Translations under genes and position numbers: made by a program | DNA from: Octopus bimaculoides | Lineage: Eukaryota | Length of the DNA stretch: 64,000 nt | Direction: 5' to 3' | Assembly (NCBI RefSeq): GCF_001194135.2 | Contig: NC_068987.1 | Coordinates: 99,499,411-99,563,410, forward strand | Part shown: in pieces, positions 1 to 12,290 of the stretch | Layout of the letters: every line of letters starts with the position of its first letter | Numbering within the stretch: position 1 is the stretch's first letter | Notes under the pieces: generated by a model | What the model was told of the DNA's origin: nothing | Seen by the model: the letters and a program-made list of their open reading frames with translations, nothing else | The model's database searches: none

Positions 1-755
1 TTTGCAGTGTGGGGTCGAGCTTTGTCCTGATGAAACATCACTCCTTTTCGATTCAATAAAGTGGGTCTTTTTTCTTCAAAGCGTGGTTCAAACGCTTTAA
101 CTACTGAGTAGACATAAGCATTGATTGTTGCTTTAGGTGGTAACAATTCAAAGTGAATTACTACTTTGCAATCCCACCAGATAGAGGGAAGAACCTTTTC
201 CCCATGAAGTTCTGTTCTCGGTTGCGGATGAACTGTTTCCCTTTTACCAAGCCACCGCTTACGACGTTTAGCATTTTGATAGGAGATCCATTTTTCGTTA
301 CCTGTCACAAGTCTATCCAAAAAGGGTGAAATGAGTTCGCGAGAATGGAGAGAAGAGCAGGTGTCAACTCGGTATTTGCGGTTGCTTTCGGACAATTCAT
401 GAGGCACACGTTTTCCAAGTTTAGGAATCTTTCGAAGTGGAAGATGACGATGAACAGTTGTATCATTTGAACTGAGATTTATTGCCAATTCTTCAACTAA
501 AAATGCAGGATTTTCTTCAAGTAATACCTCAAGGAGCTGATCATTAAACTCAACCGGACGTCCTGCTCGATGTTCATCTTCAAGGCTGAAATCCCAACTT
601 CTGAATTTTGTAAACCATCTTCTGCAAGTTCTTTTATTCAAGCACTCATTCCCATAAACTGATTTTATGTTTCGAGTGGCTTCGGCTGCAGAGTTACCTT
701 TTTTTCTGTACTCATAAAGCGGTATGTGTCTTAAATGCTCTTTGGATACTTCCAT
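1..755 (-). mobile_element. Decayed mariner transposase (N-terminal two-thirds), continuing past the window start
   Basis: Minus strand from ATG at 755 reads MEVSKEHLRH..YEY..KGNSAAEATRNIKSVYGNECLNKRTCRRWFTKFRSWDFSLEDEHRAGRP, then VTGNEKWISY, ..LHGKKVLPSIWWDCK and LNRKGVMFHQDKARPHTAK. These are typical mariner motifs, broken by frameshifts. Confidence 0.9.
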
Positions 756-3427
756 GTAAAATAATAATTAATTAGTTTAATGTACACAGATGCAGCGTAT
801 ATTGCGTTTATTAAATAATACACACGGACACGCAAATGCACACACACATGCACACACACACACACATATATATATACATAGACGCATGTATATATATGTA
901 TATATATATATATATATATANNNNNNNNNNNNNNNNNNNNNNNNNNNNNNNNNNNNNNNNNNNNNNNNNNNNNNNNNNNNNNNNNNNNNNNNNNNNNNNN
1001 NNNNNNNNNNNNNNNNNNNNNNNNNNNNNNNNNNNNNNNNNNNNNNNNNNNNNNNNNNNNNNNNNNNNNNNNNNNNNNNNNNNNNNNNNNNNNNNNNNNN
1101 NNNNNNNNNNNNNNNNNNNNNNNNNNNNNNNNNNNNNNNNNNNNNNNNNNNNNNNNNNNNNNNNNNNNNNNNNNNNNNNNNNNNNNNNNNNNNNNNNNNN
1201 NNNNNNNNNNNNNNNNNNNNNNNNNNNNNNNNNNNNNNNNNNNNNNNNNNNNNNNNNNNNNNNNNNNNNNNNNNNNNNNNNNNNNNNNNNNNNNNNNNNN
1301 NNNNNNNNNNNNNNNNNNNNNNNNNNNNNNNNNNNNNNNNNNNNNNNNNNNNNNNNNNNNNNNNNNNNNNNNNNNNNNNNNNNNNNNNNNNNNNNNNNNN
1401 NNNNNNNNNNNNNNNNNNNNNNNNNNNNNNNNNNNNNNNNNNNNNNNNNNNNNNNNNNNNNNNNNNNNNNNNNNNNNNNNNNNNNNNNNNNNNNNNNNNN
1501 NNNNNNNNNNNNNNNNNNNNNNNNNNNNNNNNNNNNNNNNNNNNNNNNNNNNNNNNNNNNNNNNNNNNNNNNNNNNNNNNNNNNNNNNNNNNNNNNNNNN
1601 NNNNNNNNNNNNNNNNNNNNNNNNNNNNNNNNNNNNNNNNNNNNNNNNNNNNNNNNNNNNNNNNNNNNNNNNNNNNNNNNNNNNATATATATATATATAT
1701 ATATATATATATAGCATCACCCTCCCGAGGATAGCCTAGTGTGGGTGCCGGTGTATTTGCCGACAACCAGACCATACAAGTTGTACTGGATTCCATGTTA
1801 TCAGTAGCACTTGTAAGAGCCTTATAAGTAACCTAACATACGCATATACATATATTCAATGCTTACATACTTCCATAGATAGATGTATACATAGAAACAT
1901 GCTTACTTATGTAGATACTTACATATGCATGTTTATGTTTTCGATGTTTATCTGTGTAATTGTCTTTTGTTCTGGAAAAACTTAACTACATTTCCTTAAT
2001 GGCAGAAATGAATTTTTGTGTTCTTAACAAACTGTCTTTTTACAAGAATGAACAAAATTATATTATTGAAGTAAAAGAAAATTATTCGAAGATATCTCAT
2101 TTTATCCGTGGGATATAATATATTCAATATGACATGCTATTAATCAGCATCCAAAACATTCACCGCTAGAGGTATACTTCAAAAGAAGAAAAAATGATAA
2201 TGTACACATATACCGAAACACATGCAATAATTTACGCATTGTGCATATGCGAAAGCTAACATGAATTTTTCATTAACTAGACTTCTTTACCAGTATCGAT
2301 AATCACAAATACAGGTGTATGTTTCTCATTCAACCGTAACTCTTCTTATATATAGCGTTCGTAATTTTCGATATTTTCTGCGAACGTTTCAGAAGACTTA
2401 CTGAGTTATCACAGCTGGGCACGGAGCTATTAACTTTCGAGCATCAGATATTCTAAGTTAATGGGCTTATGTTTGCTTTCCAGCAATCAAAATGCTGCCT
2501 GGTTTTTCGATATTTCAACTAAGTCAAGACGCAAATCAGTGGAGAGAGATTCTGTTGATAGTGCATGAGGTTTTCGGTTGTACATATTTTTACTGAATAT
2601 AGTAGGTTATTACCGATCGAATGAAGTTTCGACAGAAGTGTTATTCTCATAGCACTTCTGTTTCGTGTTCCTGACGATGGTTTCCCAGCATGGCCCCAGG
2701 ACTGTAAGAAAATAAGAGGTGACTGAAAAGTGACGCTTATTATGATAAGCAGAGACATTCATGTATAGAAATGTTAAATTCACACGATAATCTTGAGCAC
2801 AATATGAATTGATTTAAATGCAAATTGATATTGAATGTAAATACAGCGTCGATTTAACAGAAGATAAGTAATAATAATTCTGTTCAAATATCTATTTGGC
2901 TGACTGGTGAATATTAAACTGGAAATAGTTAAATGTTAATGCAGGGAAATATATCAATAGTAAATATATCAGTGTATACATCAAAAGTATATTTTGAAAA
3001 TTCAAAACCGTTTACGAATGTTGAAAATATTTTCTAAACAAACCATAAAAACATCTAACATGAATAATCTAAGAACAAAATATAGGTAAACTTCAGTCAT
3101 TTTGCTTACCATCCACTTAGTGTTGAGTCCAATATTAAGGTCAAAATCAGATGGTATTCGTTAATACACTCTGAATTCTAATAAAAGAAAATTTGCTTCA
3201 CAATCAAACTAGATTTAAATTTGTTTGGCACTCCTCCTGACGACGGTTAAGAGTTCGAAATGCATGCATACATCAGTCCTAAGGTGACTATGTTGTTTTA
3301 ATGCATGTTTCTCTTCAGCGTGGGTACTTTACCCATGTGAAACGGAAGTAAAATGAACTTTACAAGTTCAAATACGAGCTTGTTTTCAATTTGCTTATTC
3401 CTAGACATTCCTCCCTGTACGTAATCG

Positions 3428-3458
<31 letters not shown>

Positions 3459-3989
3459 NNNNNNNNNNNNNNNNNNNNNNNNNNNNNATACGGGGGGGGG
3501 ATGTCAAGGTAGAAAATGCTAAAATAATTTTATAAAAAAAAAAAACATTTCAGTGCCGGTTTCAATAATTGAAACTTTTTCAACTGTAAGTATGGAAACT
3601 ATTAGATTTTGGAAAAAAATAAAATTTTGGAAATTTGAATGTATTAAGAGTTACCGTGGAATTCATTAAAACAGTTCCAATCACTGCTATAATCCATAAC
3701 GAGCCACTTTTAGGTCACTTGATCATTTAACATCCTATTACTATCATACCATCCCGCATTCCGTTATCATTCTCTCTTCTTTCTTTTTCCTTCTTCTTCG
3801 TCTTCTTCCTCTCCGCCACCTTCTTTCTAACTTTATTAATACTGCTGTTTAGAATAACACCTATACAAATATTATGAACAATACATTCAAAAAAGGAATC
3901 TCAAGAATTCAATCACTACTACCATCCACAACAAGTCACGTCAGGGCACGTGACCATTTAACATCTTACTACTATCATAGCACTCCCGC

Positions 3990-4074
3990 ATTCTTCTTCT
4001 TCTTCTTCTTCTTCTTCTTCTTCTTCTTCTTCTTCTTCTTCTTCTTCTTCTTCTTCTTCTTCTTCTTCTTCTTC
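3990..4074. repeat. (TTC)n microsatellite, about 27 units
   Basis: Direct inspection; source of the poly-F and poly-K ORFs. Confidence 0.97.
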
Positions 4075-5829
4075 GCCAAGAATTCAAAAGAATAAAGAAG
4101 AGGGAGACAGAGACAGGCAGAAATAAGGAAAAAAACGTCTTGTATTTGGATACTATGCAAATATTCTTTTAAAAAATGTTCATCTAATTTTTCCAAAATC
4201 TAATTGTTTTCCATACTTACAGTAGAAGAAGTCTCAATGACTGAAACCNNNNNNNNNNNNNNNNNNNNNNNNNNNNNNNNNNNNNNNNNNNNNNNNNNNN
4301 NNNNNNNNNNNNNNNNNNNNNNNNNNNNNNNNNNNNNNNNNNNNNNNNNNNNNNNNNNNNNNNNNNNNNNNNNNNNNNNNNNNNNNNNNNNNNNNNNNNN
4401 NNNNNNNNNNNNNNNNNNNNNNNNNNNNNNNNNNNNNNNNNNNNNNNNNNNNNNNNNNNNNNNNNNNNNNNNNNNNNNNNNNNNNNNNNNNNNNNNNNNN
4501 NNNNNNNNNNNNNNNNNNNNNNNNNNNNNNNNNNNNNNNNNNNNNNNNNNNNNNNNNNNNNNNNNNNNNNNNNNNNNNNNNNNNNNNNNNNNNNNNNNNN
4601 NNNNNNNNNNNNNNNNNNNNNNNNNNNNNNNNNNNNNNNNNNNNNNNNNNNNNNNNNNNNNNNNNNNNNNNNNNNNNNNNNNNNNNNNNNNNNNNNNNNN
4701 NNNNNNNNNNNNNNNNNNNNNNNNNNNNNNNNNNNNNNNNNNNNNNNNNNNNNNNNNNNNNNNNNNNNNNNNNNNNNNNNNNNNNNNNNNNNNNNNNNNN
4801 NNNNNNNNNNNNNNNNNNNNNNNNNNNNNNNNNNNNNNNNNNNNNNNNNNNNNNNNNNNNNNNNNNNNNNNNNNNNNNNNNNNNNNNNNNNNNNNNNNNN
4901 NNNNNNNNNNNNNNNNNNNNNNNNNNNNNNNNNNNNNNNNNNNNNNNNNNNNNNNNNNNNNNNNNNNNNNNNNNNNNNNNNNNNNNNNNNNNNNNNNNNN
5001 NNNNNNNNNNNNNNNNNNNNNNATATATGAATATATACATATATGTAAATACCGGCATATACATGTTTATATGCATGCATATATGGGTACAGGATATCAA
5101 AAGGACGTTAAACAATGAGAAACGAAAACATACAAAACGAACTTGTTTTCGATCAACGAAAAGAACAAACAGAGAATCGAGATATGTAACATAAAGAATA
5201 TTCCCCTACATCAGTTGTTCCTGTTTCATCTACTCCGCGTTTTGAAGGTAAGGACAATACGCAACTTCGTTCAAACAGTCCTTCCGGCAAAGCAAGTTAA
5301 ATATAATTTGGGTTCTTTTGCGGAAGGTGAAAGTGGTAACAAGAACAGGACAGTGAGAACAAGACAGTTAAAACAAACGGTGGAGGAATTTCAACCATGT
5401 TTCGTGGTCTGCTACCACAACAGCTCCTTTATAGGATCCAGTTAGCTGAAGACATCATCAGGAGGATCCACGTCCGGCTTCGGCCCCTACTCCTGTACCG
5501 TTTTGACGTGGCGGAGCCACCCCCTTTCGGAGGTGTCTTCAGCTCTGGTGTTGGGTGCATGTCTTCTTTCACTGTTTGTGACTGTTCTAATTCAACTATG
5601 GAATGTCCCTCGCTATGGTTATTTTCCAGGAGGTTCTGGCCACACGTCTTACGGTTCATCAACCCGCGTTGAGCCAAGACGATACAAAAATTTTTTTATG
5701 AACGCAAGGAGAACGAGCCATGAGAAGAGACAGGCAAGAGCACGTCTTGTCTTTAGGAAAGAAATAGACAGAAAGATAGATCCCCTATATATTACTGTTG
5801 ATACTGTCTGTAACTGCTATCCTGACTGA

Positions 5830-7700
5830 TCTTATGATTTTTTCATCTTCGAATATATCGCATGTTAACCTTATGAATATCACCATTCGTTTTCCTGAAT
5901 CTTGAATGAATTTCTGTCTACCCAAATTTAGATCAAAATGAATGTTCAATACTGTGACATACTACGGATCTTGCAACATGAATGCTTGTAATACTGCTCA
6001 GAGTAATTTATTCTTCTGCAAAAATCTTCTGTGTCTTTATATAGTAATCGAAATATATCTCTCTACAGGTATCAGTCGAAATGAGGTGCAGAAAGAAAAT
6101 TAGCCTGATGATCATTCGCCCGATAGGAGAAATATCAATATTAGCGGGTACATTACCAGTAAATGATGTACGATAGCCTGTACATGCTGGCAATCTTTTC
6201 TTCCCATAAATTGGTTTGGTTGGTGATCAAACAATAGAATCAGTGATATATATTTAGTCACTTCTGACCAAGAAGCAGTGCATCACTCACGGTTTGTGGA
6301 CTGAAATTAGTTTGATGTTAATATTTTGGGAGTTTTTTTTTATAATTAAGGACTTTTTAGAAGGCTCCAATACCTTTATAAATAACTTACTGGAGTTACA
6401 CAACTCCGGTATTGTAGGATGTGAACTCGTTTACTGATCGTTAAGCAGTTCCGGGAATAGATTGATTTCATGTCATAATCGTTATTATAGCTTTCGTGGT
6501 GATGGATTTTATTGTTTTGTTAGACGTTATATATTAACGTATTTTATAAGTAGCTCATTTTAGATCTATTATTATGTTGGTAACAAGAGCTCATGCGGCC
6601 AAATTTCTTGATTGATTTATCTATTCTGGAATCTGGTTAAATATCTGTGTGCAGTATCAACAAATCACTGATGATGTTAGTTAACTGCTACGTAAAGAAA
6701 TTCTTCATAAATGTAGGCGTTAATCCCAAAACATATTTACATTCAATTAACGTATCTGGGAGCAGAAACTTTGGACTGCTATCCGTTTCAATATTGTTGG
6801 TGACTTCAGTTGTATTTTTTTGGAGTATAGCAGACTTGAAATTACTTAAAACAAAGTTCATAATAACTGATATGCATATTATCAGACACTTCCCAAGTAC
6901 TAGAAAATAGAGCTTTTGTAGCATCCGCCACCGATCCGTCCACTATATATGATCCAAAGGAAATCTAATTAGTCACAAAAGCATCTAGTAATAGATTGAT
7001 GTTTTATATACTAAAATATTTTTGAGAATATTGGACAAAACATTATAATAAATATGATTTATGCAAAATTTTAAGCCACTAAATTTATAGTCTAAAACCC
7101 ACAACAAAAGAGCATCAGTCTAAATTTCCTGCAAGTCGGCTTCACAACAAGTCAACCAGTATATCTCGCCTGTATCAACTATACTACTGGGCAAAGCATA
7201 CACATTATATAATATGCAGCAAGCATTCTCCTAGTTATCCAATATAACAGATTCTCATTTCAATGAGGACACCCCAAAAAGGTGTGCAACCAACAACAAC
7301 TACAATGGGGATAGGATATTTCTATTTATCGGAGTACATCTTAGAAAAAATTGCTAAGTCAGAAATTAGACGTTATACGATGTATAACTGGCCCGAGTAC
7401 AACATCATTAATCTAACGACATTTCTAAGTTAAACCCAGAGGTCCAATAGGAAACCTCAGATTACCAAGCCGTTATTTCACTAGCACGTTTCAAAACATT
7501 GGAAATTAGAGAGGCGTTACACATATTAATTGCAGATACAGTAATAGCCTCCACATGCTCAAGAGAATGTGTAAATACCTTAACAAAAATGTATTACACC
7601 AAAGGTATAAAAATCAAACACATTTTCAGGAATACCTGAACAATATAAACAATTTAAGAATTTCAGGAGATTTTAGCAATTAAATAAAGATAAACCGAAT
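5830..7700. mobile_element. Possible highly decayed Penelope-like (PLE) reverse transcriptase remnants, two pieces facing away from each other
   Basis: Strand A/T skew flips near 6960. Minus-strand piece has weak PLE-like words (YKDTEDF, YL*RDIFRLL, NIHFDLNLG). Plus-strand piece has IDVLYTKI, TTMGIGY, RRYTMYNW and SKLNPEVQ. Many stops; resemblance is weak. Confidence 0.25.
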
Positions 7701-8355
7701 ACAATAAATTGTGCAAATAAATTTGATGCAACATAAAATGCGTGTGAAAAGTATTAAAATATTCGTAAACAAAAGAGATGACTAGGCTTACAAGTGGGAT
7801 ACGTTCAAATGTAGACATGTGCGGGTAAATGAAAGAATGTATTTGAGTTTCTTTATTTGTGTATGTGTACAAATCACATGATACAAGTGTGTGGGTGTGT
7901 CTGTCTGTCTGTGTGTGTGTTTATACATGCAATTGCATACGAATCGAAATACGCAATCATAGATACTAATCCAAACAAGATGACCGGTATTATGAATATT
8001 GGAACGACACAGATTTTAGGAAGTATGGGTTCGAACTTTTGAAAAATTCACTATTAGATTTGAGAAATTAAAGCGTAGCACTAGTGAATGCACACTAGAA
8101 ATTCCTAAACGAACGAGGAAATGTTCTTAATAGTGTCATATGTGTGGATGATAGGAGTTTCACAAATTGATGAACCAGTTATTTATTAATCAAAGAATTA
8201 TTTAATTAATAATTAGATAGATGCGACAATTAAATATTGTGCGCAGGTTATGAGTAGCTTAATACTCCGAAAAGAAAAGATTTTTTTTGCAAAGACAAAA
8301 AAGAATTTGCAATACCCACACATAAATTCCTACATACTTGTATGCAACCATATAT

Positions 8356-8395
<40 letters not shown>

Positions 8396-9689
8396 ACATA
8401 TATATATATATATATATATAAACCTGTATGCAAGCACATATGTTTTACATGTAAATTAGATACGAGTACGGACATAAAGTCACACATGCATTTGTTTACG
8501 CACAAAAACCATCATACATATATAATAGCTAATACTATACACCCAAAATATGCACCGCAGGTTTTAGTGTAGTGAACTTCATTTGAATGTGGTTCCGCCT
8601 AAGTTCCTTGCAACTGCTTCCCCCAAATACAAAGTTATATAAAATGTATATCACACCAGTCAAAAATTTGAAAATGCCACTTCAGGAACCTAGATACTTA
8701 CACACTCGACATACCATGCATGGTTACTGCATTTCTATACTAAGTTGGTTTCATCTCAGTTTTGCCAAATAAGCAATTTGAGAAAAACGAATCAAACGTA
8801 TAAATAGATCATGTCAAAGTGACCGAAAAAGAAAAGAAATGATTTGCCAAACATCGACCTTCTTTTCGGTACATGCACAAGAAAAATAACACTAAGGTAC
8901 CTAGCAACATCTGAGGAGTGACAATCCAAATCATTCCACACATCATCAAGTGACACATTGTAAAGTGATCTATGCCATGCAATAATGGGTCAAAGAGATA
9001 CAGGCTTTGTATAACTGCAATAAGAAAAAAAAATACACTTATTCTATTTAAGTATAAGTAATTCATCGACCTGCTATATTCGAGATCGGAAATTTCGGGA
9101 AGTATCTTCACAAGTTTCTAATATTGGACACCACACTCCTCACATTGTGCATACTATCTTACAAAATTTAGCCTTTAATCCAACCAAAACTAGTTAAATC
9201 AAAAATAAACTGGGCTATGCTTTCTTTCTACCGGCCAAAAGGGTTACAAAACTTATCTCTCTACCCCGTTAAAGTTTCCTTTTCATTCCCTTTTCTGTTT
9301 CTTTCGTTCTTTCCCGCTTTTCCTCAGAGAGCAGACATATTTATCTTGAGCTCGGATGATTGCAAGATTGTACGATTGTACACGGCACAATGTACAACCA
9401 CGTCTAATTACTGCATTATCTGCAAATGAATTTTGTATTAAGTTCCATTGAAACCCGATGTTAAACTACAGATTGAATGTGAATAGCAATGTATGTTTAT
9501 GCTAATGCATGTGCGTGCATGGACGTGTACTCACAAACGCATCTGAACTAAATATGTTCAAAGGTTTTCTAAGGAAATATGATCATATAAATTCAAGCCA
9601 ACGTAGTTTTAAAGTCTTAAACGCGTACATTTCTAACATATGGTTATTTATAACATTTTCGTCTATTGTTTTGAACATATTTCTTATAT

Positions 9690-10230
9690 TATATTTTGTC
9701 ATATTTCATGCAGAGGTTGACCGCCACCTGTACCAATACCTTAGCACCATCACGGTATCTGATGTGGCATTTAAAACCAGACAATATCTTGAAAAGGCAC
9801 CTACATAAACTGCACATCCAATTTGGACCACCGCGAGCTGCAGATAAGTTCTAATTTTTGTGAATCTTAAAATGTCTTTTAAGGCTTCGTTAGATTTGCA
9901 TACCTTCTGGCATACATTGCATTCAAAGGTGTGCACATACATATAGGTAGAATAGCTGGTGGAGGTTCGTTTTCATGGGTCTGCAAATGTGTTTTGAGCC
10001 GAGCAAAAGAAAAGAATGGTCTGTCACAAACTGTGCACACAAAAAGGTCATTGTCATTCACCTTCTTCATCGTAACATTCTTCCTGAGATCTCTTTTGAG
10101 TCTTACATGCGTGATCTTGGCCTCTTCAAATGCGTTCGCTCCACTCCACACATGTGTGCGCCATCCAGGAATGTTTATTTTTCGCAAGTTATTTGATTTT
10201 CCGATGGGTGGATCTCAGGCATTGTAACAT
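9690..10230 (-). mobile_element. 3' end of an RTE-clade LINE ORF with three C2H2 zinc fingers (pseudogenised)
   Basis: LAKNK..GWRTHVWSGANAFEEAKITHVRLKRDLRK matches the RTE C-terminal pattern LAxDRxxWRxxVxxGxxxFExxR...KRxxRK. It is followed by CTVC-x12-HLQTH (10037-9975), CNVC-x12-HFKIH (9921-9860, one base missing) and CSLC-x12-HIRYR (9814-9752). Confidence 0.8.
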
Positions 10231-10352
10231 AGAGAATATATATTAATTGAAAAATGGAAATAATTTAACAGTGTTTTCTTCAGTACTAATACTGGACATG
10301 AATACGCTTGGAATAAAGAAATAAGTTCGAAATATGTTTGAGGGATGAAATA

Positions 10353-12290
10353 TCTACTATATATGCGGAAAATCGGTGTGTGTTTGTTGGTGGAGTTGTT
10401 AGCTCACTCCTCCTACACCGTTTTATTGATTTTGATGAAACATGACACGAGAGTAGAACTCAAATCTGGAAACCTCGTGACATACTTAGATTTTTGAAAA
10501 ATGGATAATACGACCCCTGCGAGGGACCTTTATATCTCACTTATATAATAATGTTTTTCTAAACACCCAAGGGAAATAAGTCATACCACCTACAGAATAT
10601 TTTTTAAGCACTCAAGGGAAATCACCCATTTAATTGTTTATGTTCGACGATTTGAACCAACGATCACCCGACTTAATTCTGCATTTCACCACTCACAGTT
10701 TTGAACTGCTATACATTAATTATTGCACTTCCTTAATTTGAGTCTCTTCATTCATACATTTCTATACATACTGCATTTTTACAGTTACACTTTCTCTATG
10801 ATAGTAGTTAACAGTTTTCCCACAACATATTTGTAGTTGTTTCATGCAGGCATAGCGTGGATTCGAACCTCGATTGCCAACTTTCACTTAACACTCCAAC
10901 AGTGCCTTTCGCACGGTAAAACAATAGTTTTTTTTTCTGTGAATGACAGCAGTTATACGTTTCCCAGATGTCTCCGTTATGCAGAATAATGTATTTGCCA
11001 CTTGACACGTCTAACCTCCTCTAGATGACCAGGGGCTAGAATGGAGATAACAGACCTCCAACGAAATCATTTGTTCTCAACAATATGTCTATCCTTCTGG
11101 CTACGTTTCGATAGTTATAAAAACTAGAACACCGTAACTTAAATTCAGTTACTGACAGCGACCACTAGTGAGTGAGAACATTATTATTACACTTTATTTC
11201 TAACAATTCATTCATATATTTCTATACATATATGCTACATTCATATATTACCTTGAATAAATTAGCCTTCATAAAGTTCACCTTCAAAATGCCACGACGA
11301 ATCAGAGTACGACTGGGTGCCTCTACTTCACAAACTGCTCTAATGCGACATCGGCGATCTCAAGTAAGTCTCTGATTCACTGTTTCATGTTTACAAAATA
11401 AGACAATTATTCAATATCAAAACACTTATATACATATTATTGTAATTAATTTACACATTGCATTAACAGATATTTTTCCAACAGCTCCAAATAACTAAAT
11501 GTTGTAACTAAATGCTGCCAATGCTTGCAGGATTTTCAATTAAATTTCATTACACTATGAATGCCCATAACTCCGATGTCGGACATACAAGTTAATTGAT
11601 ACAGTACTCCACACGAATGATGCTCTTCATTCCTCAGTAGCCTTGCACCTTCAGGTCTATCACCGCATGAATTGCGTCCAAATGCTGGAGCCCCAGTTTT
11701 GCTTTTAAGAAACCTCGATCCTCCAAAATTATGCAATGGCACAACATTTATTATCAAAACATTGATGCAAATAGTACTGGAGGCAACAATACTGATTGGG
11801 AAAGAAAGTGGTGAAGATGTTTTCATTCCAAAGATACCTGACATTCCTTCCGACACACAAATTGATTTCAAAAGGTTACAATTCCCACCGAGATTAAGCT
11901 TTACAATGAGCATCAACAAAGCACAGGGCCAGACAATGGAAGTAGTACGCTTTAATCTTGCAGTACCTGTATTTTCTCATGGACGCTCTAGAGTTGGAAA
12001 TCCGGAAAATTTATTCCTCTATGCACCTAACGGCAAAACCAAAATTATTATATAACACGAAGCCCTGCAAGATTATTTCATTGATAATACCATTACTTCC
12101 CATTCACTTGCGTCAAAATTCTTTGAAGTATGTTTGAAAAAATATATATCGTTTCAATATGGTACAAAAGCCTTGAATGAAAAATATTATTCACTTTAAT
12201 TGAATAACTTTCACTTTCTTTCTACGGATGCATTTATGTGTTTTCTTGCTACATTTATAAATTATTGTCCAAATACTTTTGAATACCCAT
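10353..12290 (+). mobile_element. Probable extent of an internally deleted Helitron
   Basis: A|TCTACTATATAT..TGTGTGTTTG..GATTTTGATGAAAC at 10352-10440 resembles Helitron 5' ends. An N-terminal-like MPRRIRVRLGASTSQTALMRHRRSQ starts at 11289, followed by the PIF1 tail. No clear 3' hairpin plus CTAG, so the boundaries are uncertain. Confidence 0.45.
11586..12055 (+). mobile_element. Helitron Rep/Hel fragment: PIF1-family helicase C-terminus
   Basis: YKLIDTV.., FLSSLAPSGLSPHELRPNAGAPVLLLRNLDPPKLCNGT, ..EDVFIPKIP, FKRLQFPPRLSFTMSINKAQGQT and PVFSHG..SRVG are hallmark Helitron PIF1 motifs. The QLYVA segment is deleted. Confidence 0.93.

Noticed and set aside
731-1796. Long ORFs of about 300 aa here and at 4204-5118, 41238-42148, 45090-45443 and 58746-59345
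   Set aside because: They read through N gaps and (TA)n/(CA)n repeats; no coding evidence.
3237-3290. Hammerhead-like CTGACGA...CGAAA with palindromic TGCATGCA
   Set aside because: Neither stem I nor stem II can pair.
7490-7530. GIY-YIG endonuclease suggested by KTLEIREALHI
   Set aside because: No convincing GIY/YIG motifs upstream and no PxLN after it.
8890-9020. C-type lectin exon (DVWNDLDC) after a strong minus-strand acceptor
   Set aside because: An in-frame TGA lies between the acceptor and the motif, and the other lectin cysteines are missing.
9706-10187. Host C2H2 zinc-finger gene
   Set aside because: No TGEKP linkers, it has frameshifts and a stop, and the upstream peptide matches an RTE LINE C-terminus.
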